Source: Takakia lepidozioides
Taxonomy: Eukaryota > Plantae > Bryophyta
Assembly: GCA_030704615.1 (NCBI GenBank)
Contig: CM060734.1
Span: 54,746,001-54,810,000, forward strand
Direction: 5' to 3'
Length of the DNA stretch: 64,000 nt
This document shows positions 1 to 13,603 of the stretch, piece by piece. Position 1 is the stretch's first letter, and every line of letters begins with the position of its first letter. A model generated the notes under the pieces. That model did not search any database. It was given only the letters and a program-made list of their open reading frames with translations, and was not told where the DNA came from. The translations under genes and the position numbers were made by a program.

Positions 1-141
1 ACTCACAGACAGTGCTAAGCTGCTAAGCCTTCAGAGAGTGACTTTTGCTTGCTGCATCCTAGCATAAACCTCACACACCCAGTATAGGGGAGCAAGAAAG
101 GGTGGACAGATAGACAGAGGTAATAAGGAGGGAGCACTCAC

Positions 142-3100
142 AGTTTGTGGGTCCCAAATACGGACAACATGACTGTCAGCAGTAACCAAATGTTTGGATG
201 CAGTGCTCACGCTCTCATGCCATTTAATATCTACTATGGGACTTCCATACCTGCCAAAACATTAAATAAAAGTCAAATGAGGTCTCACCGAACCCGTAGG
301 AAGCTTTCACTTTATTCAGGCTACGGGGAAATGAAATTTTGCTCTCATCCACCTTCAAGACCTCTGGCAACTTCCATGCTTTCCAAGGAGCCAACATCCA
401 GAAAGAGCCTAAGCATAACATGGTTCAGATGTTTCACTCTTGGTTTCTTCACTGTCGCTTCCAGTACCATTGCCAGTGTCCTGCTACTTGGGTTTGTTAC
501 CAAAACTGGCCCAGGCCAAGCCAGGTGAATGCCAAAGTTGATATCTTGAATGGCAGAGCCCTAGCATGTTGTAAAACTTGTTTGTGTGAAGAATTTGCTC
601 TTCAAGGAAATCTTGGATCCCACAAGGGAGGCCCTAAGAGTCACTGGGCAATCGGACCGATACCACAAGAATGTAACACAATCCATGTGAACAAGACCCT
701 CAACCAGATAAGCTCCAATTTCACCTGGGACAAGGATAACTCCCAATCAAGTCTCATAAGAAGATGAATAGAGCCCTGTTCATGGGGAAGGGAACAATAA
801 CACAAGACACACCACTTGAATCTAAGAGAAAGGAGCGCACATATGATCCTTGATGCGAAGGGGAGTAGATGACCGCAAATCAAAAAGCAGCACCTGGTAA
901 CCCACAACATTTGAACCACATGTTGGTGTAGTAGTGTCAAAATAAAGAAAAACTCATGACACAGTGCACACGAACAAACCAAAATTGGACATAGTCAGTG
1001 GTCAACATGCTTTTAAGTAGACGAGAATCATCCAATACCACCACTCCCAGACCTGGAAAAGGTATTCCGAAGCAATATTTTCTTTTCTGGCGAAATATCA
1101 CCAGATTTCGACCTGAAAATGGGCCAGCTACTTGTACGAAGGAATTATGGGGGCTAAAACTCGGACAATTCGCCAAAAAGTGCGAGTAGCTGAATAGCAG
1201 GAGCCTGATTTTCTCATTGTGGTCGAGTTAAAACATGCGGCCTGTTATTTAGCTACTTTTCTAACCTTGCCACCTCGTTGTTCTCGCCACATGGGCGCTG
1301 GGTAGAATTCACATGTGGCCCCTCTGGCGATTTTGGAAAAATGAAAAAACAAAAAACGCCGTTCCGAAGACAGGAGAGAATGAGATCTACCTGGCCAGCA
1401 CTTGTTCCAACAGCCAGCAACATTCCTTCACGCTCCTCAAACCGCAAAGAAGTTACCTCCTGCATACCCATGTGGAACAGATCGTAACCTTGAGAGGACC
1501 TCACTTGTGTAAGAAGAATTTGTTCTTTAGATCAAGTTGGTTATAGTGCACCACTGCTAGTTAATGGCTCTGCTGCACAAAACTACATCACATCCATCCC
1601 CTCTATCCCTCTATCCATCTCTATCTACATCTGCTTCTGCTTTTCTGCTTTCCAATACATACCTGATCTGCATTTCCTGTTGGCCCAACAGCATCAATTC
1701 GTCCTACAGCAGCCTTCTGCCTCAAATCAAAACACTCGAGTGCCCCATCGTCTCCGCCACACGCAATCAAACCATGCAGCGGGCTTCCATGACCGTCAAG
1801 AGTCAATGCACCCAAGTTAGATAGCTATGTCTTCATGTTTCAATTCAACCCAGCATACCAAAATCATCGAGGTAACTCACTGCACAAGGCAGTACCATTA
1901 AGGGCATTATAATCTGCTGTAGCCTTATACTTTAGTGCATAATGTACAAGAAACAACTAAAGATAAAGGGCAGACTACACATACCTTCGACAGATAACAT
2001 TGATACCAGGAGATCGTGTGCCAAACGGAGAGAGAAATTGGCCCTGACAATTCACCCAATCCATCCAAGCACGTTCATGCATACCACATTTGAAAGACCC
2101 AATACACAAAGTGCATTGGATGGGCAGATATTCTTTTGATGTCCTCAACTAATGTCTGGTACAGGAAAAGGGTTGAAATACAAGAAAGAACATCCAACTA
2201 TCTTGCAAAAATCATGTGGAATTCCACTTAGACCTGGGGAGAAGAGAGACAACAAACCTGCTCCAAATTGAGTCGGTAAACTTCAGGTGATGAAGCAGCA
2301 ACAAGTAGATCACACGACCAGCGGTCATAAGCCAAGTCCCTCCCCATTCTGTCAATCCCCCATCATCAAATGCTCCTGATGGTCAAAAGAATCACCTTTC
2401 TTGTATATGGCAGATAACCAATCTCCTTGTCTGGAATGGGAGAGTAAAAGACTTTTCCCAACAGGAAAAAAACCCCAAATGTATGGGACATCTAGCTCTC
2501 TGTCTTTCTTTATGTGTCTCTTCTGTCTATACACTGTTGGATCAAAACCTCACCACTGGCTCCAGGAGAGTCCATATAAAGCAGGGTTTATTCCATCTTG
2601 CATCTATGATGGAGGTGAAGAGGACCTTGGAATTCGAGTGCTGAAGTAGCTTCCAAATTTGGCATGCAGGCACACTGAGCGGTCTGCGCACAGAAAGGCC
2701 AGTTTGGAGTAATCATCTCCTAGTACCTGTAATCATATGTCAGCTAGTGTTACTCTCACTCCAGCCCAACAGCTACCTCCCTCCCTCCCTCTCTCCTTCC
2801 GTCATACTGGACTTCAGTCATCAGTCATAAAATACCAAAAAGAAAGAACCGTCTATGGGAACATAGCTTTGCTGAAAGAAAAATACCTGAAAGTCAATAA
2901 TTTCCGAATTTAGGTGTCGCTTAAACTTGAGCGATAACTGGCTCAGCTCATATACACGCACCTGAGGGGGGTAAATGCCTGCATTCATGCATCACCTTCA
3001 ATGATGGACACCATTCAGACCAAATGGAATAATAACATGAAGGAGGAGACAGAAAGGCCATTGGACACCTACGATATAAAACTCGAGGAAGAGACAGAAC

Positions 3101-4112
3101 CAAAGGGTGAGGGTGATACCAGGGTCTGAGTGCATGTCACAAATAGATATTCATACACATGTAACAATGCATGCTCTACACAGTGAGAGAAAACACATGC
3201 AACATGGGAAATGGACACACTCATTAGACTTTGCTTGCCTGCCTTTGCAGCGGGGGAGAGAGACTGGAGACTTGAGTGGGCCACTTTTGTTTTGGTGAGA
3301 GGGAAGAGAAACGTGAATATATACCAGAAGCAATGAGGAACTCGCCATTGGGAGTGGATTTGATACGGGTAGCAGCTGTATCAAATTCCAAGTCTTGAAC
3401 CAGCTCTATCCTCCGGCGATACTCTGCTCCATCAACGCATACCAAAAATTATCAATAACTGGACATTTCTAGACATGGCAAAGACTGATCGACTGGACTT
3501 CATAAGTGATTTCAAGGATTTACAACTAAAACTGCGCCCAGGCAGAGTTGAAGCACATCCATTAGCAGGTGTGACTTCATCGAGGACATTTCTGTGTTTC
3601 ACCCCAACCAGATGGACTGACCCAAAAGCTTCACAATCACCTTCAAGATATTAAACCGGAAACCCCTGGCGGGAAATTGAACATAAGTAAACCGCCACTC
3701 AACTCACATAGATCACAGTCAAAATCCAAACATTAAACCAGAATTGGACGCTCTCAAAAGTACCATCGTGCTTGATTTCGTGTGGGCGAATGTATTCGCT
3801 GGTAGTTGCGGCATCACACTACTTAACATGGACTTGTAAACACCAAATTCGAAAATCAAAGATCCACCAGAGAAGACCGGACAAAACGCTCAATTCAGTT
3901 GAGTGCCCTTACCCACGAGGGAGGAGCGAAGAGGAAAGAGAGAGAAAGAGAGCGAGGGAGAGGGAGAGAGACAGAGGGCATGCACCATCATCTTTGCGGA
4001 GAGCCCGCATTTTGTTGGGAGCGAGCCATGAAGCAAAAGCACGTTGCCCTGACACAGTGTACACCTTCACCCCGTTCATAGAGGTCACCTTCATTCCCCC
4101 CTGCCCCGCCAT
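142..4112 (-). CDS. NOL10: Nucleolar protein 10 (NOL10/Enp2, WD40 40S biogenesis factor); multi-exon, 3' part lies beyond the left edge
   Basis: ATG at 4112. Spliced GT-AG exons approx. 4112-3986 (MAGQGGMKVTSMNGVKVYTVSG), ~3424-3325 (YRRRIELVQDLEFDTAATRIK), ~2978-2888 (IYPPQVRVYELSQLSLKFKRHL), ~2726-2627 (DDYSKLAFLCADRSV), ~2349-2258, 2043-1985, 1783-1663 (HGLIACGGDDGALECFDLR), ~1459-1392, 893-841, 250-142 (YGSPIVDIKWH...VRIWDP). These match the conserved NOL10 N-terminus. Confidence 0.93.
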
Positions 4113-4204
4113 CGCCTCTGTGTGTGTGTGTGTGCAGCTCTCTCTCTCTCATTCAGAATTGCAGACCTCGAAACAGAAATCTTGTGCGTGAATTTTTGGA
4201 GTTC

Positions 4205-4255
4205 CTAAGCCCTAAACCCTAGCTTTGGGCTGATAAAACCCTAAACCTTAGGTTC
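4205..4255. promoter_or_regulatory. Telo-box (AAACCCTA) cluster plus site-II-like TGGGCT upstream of NOL10
   Basis: CCCTAAACCCTAG...TGGGCT...AAAACCCTAAACC about 100-140 bp upstream of the NOL10 ATG. These motifs are typical of plant ribosome-biogenesis promoters. Confidence 0.55.
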
Positions 4256-4826
4256 TCTATGATGTTCCCTGTTCCCTGAGGTTTGTGGTCATCGACATGT
4301 TCACAATTCCATGCGGGGAGCCATTGTCTCTGTCGCGCATGCTGGTGGTGTGAGGGTTTGTGAATGTTGAGAGACGCACGAGTTTGGAGTGATTGCATGC
4401 TTGGTTTGCCTTCAGGCGGCATTGCATATGGCAGAACAAAAGAAGTGAGAGAAGAGGATCATGCAGGCACCACATGAAGCTAGACAAACGATCCAACTCC
4501 GACCGAGAAAATGGCCGAAATCGGTCGCAAAAATCGTGAGAATCTAATTTTTGTTGTTACACGTGAATTAGTTTGCTAATATCTTCGAACTTGAAAAACT
4601 AGGTAACTTGAAGCAGCTGCATTCAGTCCCTACAAAAATTGTCCGTGCATGCATCCACGTAGAGGGATTCGAACTTACATGTTCAAATCTACTGTTAACA
4701 GGATGTCCAGAGTTGGATCGTTCTGATCTAGATATCGCTCAGAGTTGTCTAAATTTGGAGTCATCAACCAAGTTTTGCTGTCGGACAGCCAAAGGAAGGA
4801 CACTAAGATTTGACGTAGGGATCTTG

Positions 4827-7135
4827 TTAGACAGTGGGAGTCAGTGTGTTAGGGTTAACCAGCTGGACTCCACTGGAATCTATCCGTAAGCACGATTGAA
4901 TGTATGGCACAGAAGCTTGAATTGGTTTCTGATCCAAAAGTGAGTCATGGGGGCACTTGTATCCGTGATCGGTATCCTGGTAACAAGCATCAATTGTCTG
5001 CGCACGGACGCAGGGTTCCTTGTCCTTCTGAAACTGAATAAACCAGGGAAGAAGAGCACCATACGCCTGCGATATTGCGCCGTAGGTCGATCTGCCAGTT
5101 ACAAAGAGTGTGTCTGAAAGGCTGAGACAAATCACTTCCACAAGTGCTTGGGTATCCTCCTCCAGTCCCCATCCCTGATTTTTCCTGCCCGTTAATTGTA
5201 CTAGGCCTACTGAGTCCCCCAATGCGGTTGGATTTCGAAGGTAGATGTCGCTCAAGTGGTCATGTAATCCAGTAAACAAGGATGCGATGAAGACCTTGAT
5301 CAGCCGCGGTTTCCTAGCAGGGTTTAAGTCGACGCTGTTGACCTCGCTGGTTATGTTTGGTAGAAATCCCTGCCGTAATGAGCATTTCAATAAATTTGAG
5401 TTTACTATATCATTCAGTGGTTCATATCTTTCATGGGCCTTGAAGTACCGCACCTGGAAGCCCACCTGCAGAAGAGAGTACAGATGATCAGGAAACTGAG
5501 CGTGCACCTCAATTTCTAATCGCACCGTGGGACAACGGACCATGTCCTCAAAGATTATAAGCCTAACTACGGGCTACTACTCGCGGGTTATTTCAATCTA
5601 GTCATCGTTGTGCTGGAGGATGGTGGTCAACCTCGCTATCGAATTCCGAAACATGATCTTCAGTTTGCTAGATCCCACTCGTCAAACAGAATTGGGGTGG
5701 AGATCAAATGGCGCTGAATGTCTTTACGGAGGCTATTCTAAGGAAGTGCAATCGAGTGCGGCTCCGAAGTGCCTCAATATCACGATACAAAAAGTTGATG
5801 AATGATAGCAGATACCTGGCTGTCAGCATGGTCCAGGTAAGCAGCATCTACCCCTCTGATCCGGTCCCAAACGTGGTCCGCTGGCAAAAACACTGACCGC
5901 AGCACGTGTGTTAACGCCCATGTGGGGTCAGGGAACAGCGCGTCTAGCACTGGTCGGAACGTTGGTATCGCAAAAAGCTTTGGTAAGAAGCCGAGGCAAC
6001 CGCTAACGGAGACCCAAGGAACGCGTGAGAGGTATGCCTGCTCCGTGTCACAAAAGAACCTGTTGGCAGCGCTCGTGAACAATTTTCAGCTTAAAACTTG
6101 AAACTGGAGAAGTCAGTTTGATCAATAGTTTAGGACGAGTTCGTAGACTGGAATCTGTGATTAACTCTTTTGATAATTGAAGGCATGCTTAGAGCAAATC
6201 GAAACGATGCTGCAAACGCATCCTGAAAATCACATCTGATGATTCCCTACGACGGTAGTATTCTAGAATTTCGCCATAGTTTTGGTTAGTGATCACGATT
6301 ACCTGCTTACAGGTTGCCAGCCATTGTCTACCCGTGCAGAATATGGAGGTAGCGTTGAATTGCCTGCCCTATCCGCATCCACATCCCTTAAGAACTCATC
6401 TGTTCTATTCCACTCTTTGGAAGAGTGGAGCTGATCGGATAATCTCCATGTTGAACCAGTGAATGGCTCGCACATAATATCGGGAAGAACCTGATCAGTC
6501 TCTACGAGTATCACTCGTTGAGTCAAAATAGCATACAGAACAGCGGCTGAGTGGTAAAGAACCCTGTTGCCCAAGCCTGAAGTGCCACCATGACCGATAA
6601 TAAACTTGCATCCAGTGCTATCATTCCCCGAGTGGAAATACTCTGACAGGCTTCCTGCGGCCTCGATACAAGTCCGGTGGAGAACTTCGTACTCTCGCAC
6701 GACCATCTCCCAGCGAGGGTTGGAAACAACTGATCTACGTCGCCCATACAAGGGAATCAATTCTCTTCTGCTTCTGCAGGGATTTTTTCCCTCCCAATCT
6801 TCTCTCTCCTTTCGGGAGAAACCGATATCAGATTTTCCAACATTATTTCTAACAACATCAGTAGCCTCTCGAATAGCATCAATCAAGGATTGAAACGCAC
6901 GGTTCGTTGATGTTGGTTCTGAGGGCGTCGCCATCACCGTACTCGTAGTAAGCATACTCGGATTGGACACACCCGAAACATATCGAGTCAAGTAGTCTGA
7001 TCGTTCAGAAGGGCCTACGAAGGAAGACATCACCAGACCCAGCACAATGACGCTGATTACTAGTCCAACTTTCACAGCTGGTCGCGTTTTACCGTCACCA
7101 TTCTGCTTATCGATAGCCATGAATGGCCACAGCAT
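4827..7135 (-). CDS. Xyloglucan (galactoside 2-alpha-L-) fucosyltransferase, GT37 family; 3 exons
   Basis: Exons approx. 7135/7120-6303, 6059-~5816, ~5466-4827. N-terminal TM anchor, motifs SGLGNRVL, LTQRVILV, CEPFTGSTW, RFFCD, VGFQVR, SLSDTLFVTGRSTYGAISQAYGAL. The exon 1/2 junction (AG|gtaatc...aacag|G) restores the frame. Start codon is ambiguous. Confidence 0.9.
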
Positions 7136-7790
7136 CCAATGCAATTCCTAGCTGCGCTGCATTGTCCAGCCTCACTTCAGGAAGATAGAAGTATGCGTGT
7201 GGTGTGCTACAGATCAAAGGGAGATCCAAGGAGGGCGATTCATGAAAAGATTGTGCAAGAAAGAGAGAGAGAAAGACATTGGTCTGTGATGGAGGTGAGC
7301 TTGAGACAGGGATGTAGCAATCCCTGCAACACAACACCGATTCTCACATTCCTATGCTGAGGGAAAGATGGCTAAATCATAGCTCGTCATCTCGTAGTGC
7401 ATGCCCCGTGCATTGCGATAGATTCTGTGGAGGCACGATTTAACGAATCTGTCACATTTCATGGTTTGAGTCACGACTCACTTCCAGGATTACTTCATGG
7501 CAGTTGCATAACATTCTTGTGCACGATGGGAGAGGAGACAGGAGCGGCCCAGCCGAACATGGCACACCTCCAGGCACGACCACCTCCCCCACACGACCAA
7601 CTATTACCCAAACCAGTTGGGACTGGCTAAACCTTGGCGATGCTAACTTGGTGTGGCTTCAACGCTTCAACAAGTTATGGCTAAATCTAAATCGAATTGC
7701 ACTGAAATTATTTCTCAGTGAATTACTGAAGGAAAAAGAATGTATATATGTATGTATGTATGGATATGTATATCCATATATATATGACTA

Positions 7791-8140
7791 CCTTACTTAC
7801 CTAGCTTATTAGGCAATAATTAATTCAAACTCAAGTGCCTAATTAAATTTAGAACATTTTTGGAAAATGTGCCTAAAACTTGGAAAATTTTCATGAGAAG
7901 TGCCTAATTGCTCGAAATAATGTTTTTATGTTTTTTGAAAAGAAAATTACCTCAACAATAGGTTTTGAGGGAGGTAAGAAATAATTGTTCATTTTTATCC
8001 AGGATGGACTACAATACATGCCTAATGTTTGGGAAATTACCTAGGTGAGTGCCTAAATAATAAAAACGAATCTGCCTAATAATATTCCATTTTTATAAAT
8101 TATTAGGCGCAGAAGTGCCTAATAAGCTAGGTAAGTACGG
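7791..8140. mobile_element. Tc1/mariner-type MITE (350 bp)
   Basis: 25-bp TIR CC(T/G)TACTTACCTAGCTTATTAGGCA at 7791-7815 and 8116-8140 with 1 mismatch; TA on both flanks; AT-rich non-coding interior. Confidence 0.85.
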
Positions 8141-9035
8141 TATGACCCAGAAGCTAATACTTACAAAATAATCATGCAATTTGAGAGTTTGGGACGTCCA
8201 TCATCTAATAAGCATGAAATCTTGTGAAGTGGTACTCTGGTAGTAATGTCTGTTATTAAATATATATTTTGTCTGAGTCTACTGGAGGTTATAGTCAGCT
8301 GGAGGGTTTGCCCGCCAGTCGCACGAAGGTGGTTGGAGTCAATGCTAGAGGGTTTGCCGAGTCCGCTAGAAGGTCCCAAAGTCCGCTGACATAGAGACTT
8401 CGAAATATTTCAGATACTGGCGGACCCCATGAATGGGTGGTGGGCTTATGGGCAGTACATATTGGCGGGGCCCATAGGCGCATTGAAGACTATATTAGAG
8501 GCATATCCAATGTGTTGTATATCTAGGAGTCACCCAGAAATACTACACATATTATACTAATCATGATGCTTGAATAAATACTATTGATTACTTAGGATTG
8601 ATTTATTCATTATAAAAAAAAATCATATATACATTTATTTTTTGAATTATTTTCAATTGTAACTATAGATAAAGCGCCGTGAAAGACAATATTAATATAT
8701 TGTACAATGTGTACCTTTAGATATTGTACTTGGGAATGTTGGTGAGAGAGTGGTCAGCCAATGAGCTGCTTGAAAATACTCTGAGTTGCAGGGCGTGACA
8801 AGTCTATGTTGGATATTTGATTAAAGTCTTCAATATGTTTCCATTGATTGTGAATGGCTTACTATTTTAGTTAGAACAAATATTTGGTGGGCATCCGAGA
8901 ACCAAACCCAAGGTATCACTTTAGAGATACCCTTGCAGCTTTATAAAAACAATTGGATATCAAATTTCAAAAGAATATACTACTTGGATCAATACCCAAT
9001 GACCCTAGATGATACCGCATAAAAATGGAAGATAA

Positions 9036-9310
9036 TCAATATATGAATCGAGACGTTTGTTTTGTTTTGTTTGTTTTGTAGATTTGAGGTGTCCCAAACC
9101 GCAGGTCCCCACCCTTGGTGCTTGGTACCGTTGGAAAGCCCTCGATGAGGAGGGGTGCACCGACTTGGTCTCATGATTTTTGGACATGCGGTGTGGGAGA
9201 TGTTGAATTTCAAGTATTTTTGGTCGCTGGAAATTCCCAAAAAATAGGAAAGTGGGCATTCCTGGGACAATGGTGGGAGCCTCGATAGGCGATGGCACAA
9301 GCTACCCTAC
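9036..9310 (+). mobile_element. Possible short non-autonomous Helitron-like element
   Basis: Starts A|TC, ends CTAC|T (degenerate CTRR) after a GC-richer segment; no TIR or TSD. Resembles short dispersed moss repeats from memory only. Confidence 0.35.
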
Positions 9311-9429
9311 TATTAATGTAAGAACTTTATGCACAGGTGCAACCTTTGACAGAATGGTACGCCGGTCTCCAACATGTCAAGTCTTCCCACTCTCTCTTGA
9401 GAGTGACATCGAACTAAAGGAGTGTAAAC

Positions 9430-10489
9430 CAGTGTTGAGCGGGTATATGAATTACCCTGATATACCCGGCGGGTATGTCAGGTATATTGATATATGTATA
9501 CCCTGGTGTGGCAACTTTAGGTACCTGGATGTATACCCTTATTTCAGGGTATATTTTTATGATATACCCTTATCCTTATATTTACCCTCCATCAAGATGC
9601 TGAATATACCCTACTTTTCTGAAGGGTATATGTCAAAATGAAGGGTATATCTAATCAGGGTATATAAGGGCCTTTATGTGCCTTCATAGCCTTTATGTGC
9701 TAGGTCTTTTCTCTTTTTGTTGTGTTGTTAGGGAAGCCTTGAGCTATAAGAAAGCTCCAATCACAGCTAAAACAAATGCTACATATATATCATTCTTAAA
9801 ATGTCATATAACCCAAACAATACCTCTTCAAATCTCGCATATATATATAAAAAGAAACCTGACAGCCCACAATTTAGGTCCTTGAGGGGGGGATTTATTT
9901 TTTATTATTATTATTTTCAAAGAAACCTGGGAGCGACAGCCCACAATTCAGGCCCTTGAGGAGGGGGAAAGATTAACCCCCTTTCATTTATGGGCCATGA
10001 GACCTACAGCACGATCAACGCCCAGACATACCATCACGAACAATCCCACACACAGGGCAGGGCAGCGGGTTTGAACCCCAAACCACCAGAGCGACACACA
10101 CTTTGCACTTACCAGCTGCTACCAGCTGATGTGCTTTTTGTTTAATCTCAAACCTCTTCCATCGTGCATTGGAAATTAACACCAAAATATTATGCAATAT
10201 CTTATCAATTTTCTCTCTTACCGTAGATTGGTTTTTCTGTGTTTTGTACATATTGAAGAACACCATATATTCTTTAAAACCATTAAATTTTATATTAATT
10301 GAAATAACTATCCATACCCGGAAACTATTCATACCCTCAGGGTATATTTTGGCATACATGTCCATACCCGGGGGTTATATAGAGATCTGAAAAGTTAATT
10401 TACCCATACCCGGAGGGTAAATGATTTGACAAAAATAATTTACTTATACCCTAAGGGTATATTGAAATCAATATACCCGCACAACACTG
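9430..10489. mobile_element. Non-autonomous hAT DNA transposon (1,060 bp)
   Basis: 19-bp TIR CAGTGTTG(A/T)GCGGGTATAT; 8-bp TSD GTGTAAAC (9422-9429) / GTGTAAGC (10490-10497); dense subterminal GGGTATA/TATACCC motifs at both ends. Confidence 0.85.
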
Positions 10490-10730
10490 GTGTAAGCTCC
10501 AGTCAGGGTTACACTGGGCTACACGACGACATGTGTAACTCCACTCAGGGTTACACAGAATGGAGTATAACTCTAGTCGGTGTAACCCACACTTGGTCTC
10601 GAAATTTGACTGTGTCCAAATGTGGCTAAGTATCAAATGGACTAACTAGAGTTACATGAGAGACCGGGGTTACATAGGGTTACAAATACTAATACCGAGG
10701 TTACACCAAAAGAGTCTCCCATCAAGAATC
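10490..10730. repeat. GGGTTACAC/GTGTAAC-motif repeat, probably an older element interrupted by the hAT; similar motif arrays at ~51920-52010 and ~56295-56535
   Basis: Multiple GGGTTACAC and GTAAC(C/T)C motifs in both orientations. Confidence 0.5.
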
Positions 10731-13084
10731 AAACCCAAAACCTTGTTGATTATAATTCTATTACCTTACTATCACACTACCCACCACAGCGTGAAATCCA
10801 CTTGGATTCTTAAGTATTTAATAGTGAAACAGAGGTAAGAGGGGGTGGGTAGGATTTGACTGGGCCTGCCGGAGGAGCCCATGCTGCTGGAATCCGGAGA
10901 AAGTACCCTCAGATCGCACGTTTTCCATAAGTTCTTACATTATTCCTATTGTCTCCAAACAATGTTTTCGTTGTCAGTACAAAAATTAAAATTTTAGTTT
11001 TTATGTGAGTTGAAGTCATGCAACTCGGATACTACGTGATTGGAGATTCCCCAGCCCCTTGGGCAGTATCTCAAATCATGTAAATCCCAAGTCAGTGCAT
11101 GACTTTACTTAATACATAAAATGTGATACATGTGACCGGCACCTCTGCGCAAATATTACACACATTCATTCTTTAGTCAACATTCATCTTATATTATCGA
11201 TGAGATTTTGTTGCTAACCCTAAATCCGTAATGTTATCCAAGTGGAGCTTATGATGTGATTGGGCTTAGGGCCCATTGACCTGATCCAATATTATTGGGT
11301 AACCCATTATTGAATCTCAAGTCACCGTTTAAGAACTTGGGTGGAGTGTCAAGTTGAAAGAAGCAAGCGAGCGAAGAATGAAAAGCACTAACTATGGCTA
11401 TCATCAGTTTTACGAATTGTTAGGGCAGGGGTCACAGTATCAGGGTTTACTTGACCAATTGAATAGGTAACGGAGCGTGCTGGTTTTTGGATTTTTGCCC
11501 CCAAGAGTTGGCACATCTCGGGTCAATAGAACAGGCCTTTAGTTATGGTGGAGATTAGAGGAGATTAGTCATCTCCAAGAAGTAGGGATGAGTGTGTGTG
11601 GTGGGCTAATGTGATCTCCTCTGTTTTGACAGGCATGGCCAACAAAAGGCTGTTGTTTTAGTGGAGTTGTTTTAGGTGGTATGGACATGAGGATGGTTTG
11701 ATGGATGCTAGCTTAGTACTATCAGAAGTACTAGGCATGTCTGAAGTTAGGAATAGGTATTAGCAGAGAGAATGCTGGATGCCATAAGAGACCCTGAAGG
11801 ACAAAAATTGAGTTCATGGATGACAAAATGCTAAGTTTTGGATGAATAGATGCGCTAATAGTGACTGGAGGCTGGAAGTTCTTTTTCCCATATATATATT
11901 ATAGAACAATATATATTCCGTTGCATTGCAACTTATGGCTGTCTCTGAATTTGAGCTGAGACTCTAGTTGGCTATGTACATCTAAGCACGGATCAACGAT
12001 TATAGCAAGAAATTAGTTCTTTCATGGCACATCTTTTGTTGTTTCATTCGTATCCCTTACTCTTGCCGTAGTCTCAAGATCCAACACATTCAGTCAAAGG
12101 AGCCACCTAAAGATATTATTGCCACACTTGAATCCCTTCACATATAAATAGCTTGCCGAATAAGAGTTGACTCCCACTGATATCATCCGGAAACTATGTA
12201 TTAACCCTTAAGGGCCTGCCATTGGGCAAATTTTATCCCCCAAAATTGTGGCATATGGTTGAGTTAACTGAGGCTACATACCTACCATGTTACATCCAAA
12301 AAAAAGAACCTTACCAAATTCACATTGGCTACCACATACATCAACTCAACAAATGGCGAAAATTTTCACCATAAGACTAGAGAGATATTAATGTTTTAGT
12401 AGAGTTTTTTTTTGTTTTTGGATTTTACAAAGTATGAAATTCGAGCTTTGATCAAGCAAGCTATTTGAATGATGGGTTTTTTCTTACTTGCTTCTGCCTC
12501 CCACATAGAAATGTGATATGGTATCCTAGCCAACTATTGTGAAAATTTCAAGCCAAACTACACTTGTTTTCATTAGGGTCCTTGGTATGTGTTTGAGGGG
12601 GGGTCAAAATAACCTCTATAGCATGGCAATTCAAGGTGAGCCCATTCGAAAAATTGACCCATTGATAATGAGATATTTTACTCAATCCCTTTTGTAAGGG
12701 TGTGGAATGCACTCCAAAACAAATTCTAGATCTAGGGTATAATTTACAAAAATTACCACCCAAGTGAGCCCAACTATGGGCCAATTATGTCTCACCCATG
12801 TTACAAAGTCAAGTCTACATAGCCCCTCTTGCATGCTCCAATTTATGACCCATGCGTTTTCTAAAACATCTATAGGTCTAAGAATTTGGTAAAATCTACT
12901 AGTTTCAATGTGAGAAGGTATGTTGTCAGAATTGTAAATGCAGTTGGAACCATTAAAAATGGTTTACACTAGACATAGGATGGGAGTTGAATGCGCGCGA
13001 AGCTTGCCGGTACAATCCCCGGAGCTAACCAGAGGGCCTGCGGTCAAATCCCCACCCCAGCTTCCCTCGTGTATGCTTCACGAC

Positions 13085-13340
13085 CATCCGAGGGTCCCAC
13101 ACTCCATGTTCCCGCTACTGAGCTCCCTTGCTTGTTCTCCGCTCCCCTGTTATTGTTCGCCATTCCCCTGTTATTGGAACGACAAAGCAATAAAACAGGG
13201 GAGCGGGGAGTAGTAACAAGGGAGCAAGAAGAGCAGGGAGCCATATGTATGTGGGAGCAAGGAGAGCAGGGAGCCGTATGTATGTGGGAACATGGGAGCA
13301 GCGATTGGGAACAAGGGAGCGGAGATCCGCTTGAGGGACT
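13085..13340. repeat. GCTCCC/GGGAGC fold-back repeat (MITE-like)
   Basis: Left half rich in GCTCCC/CCCCTGTT, right half rich in AACAGGGGAGC/GGGAGC; CCGCTCCCCTGTT is matched by its exact reverse complement AACAGGGGAGCGG. Confidence 0.5.
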
Positions 13341-13471
13341 TAGAAATTCTCAAATCCAAACTATTTAGGTTTTAAGCTAGTTGTATTATAGGTAAAAAAA
13401 ATAAAAAAATAATAGGTACTTTCTATAGTCATCACCTACTTCTAATCTTAAGGTCCAAGCTACTTTGAGCC

Positions 13472-13603
13472 TTAAGGTACTTGTAGACCCTTGAAGCAAA
13501 TGCGAAGTCCTTGCCTTGAGGCACGGCCCAATAAAGTTTAAGGTACTTGTAGACCCAAGCGAATGTGAAGTCTTTGCCTTGAGGCATGGCCCAATAAAGT
13601 TTA
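13472..13603. repeat. Tandem duplication, 2 x ~65 bp
   Basis: TAAGGTACTTGTAGACCC...GCCTTGAGGCA(C/T)GGCCCAATAAAGTTT occurs twice head-to-tail. Confidence 0.75.

Noticed and set aside
145-982. Several plus-strand ORFs (127 aa, 142 aa)
   Set aside because: Antisense to NOL10 exons and introns, with no motif support.
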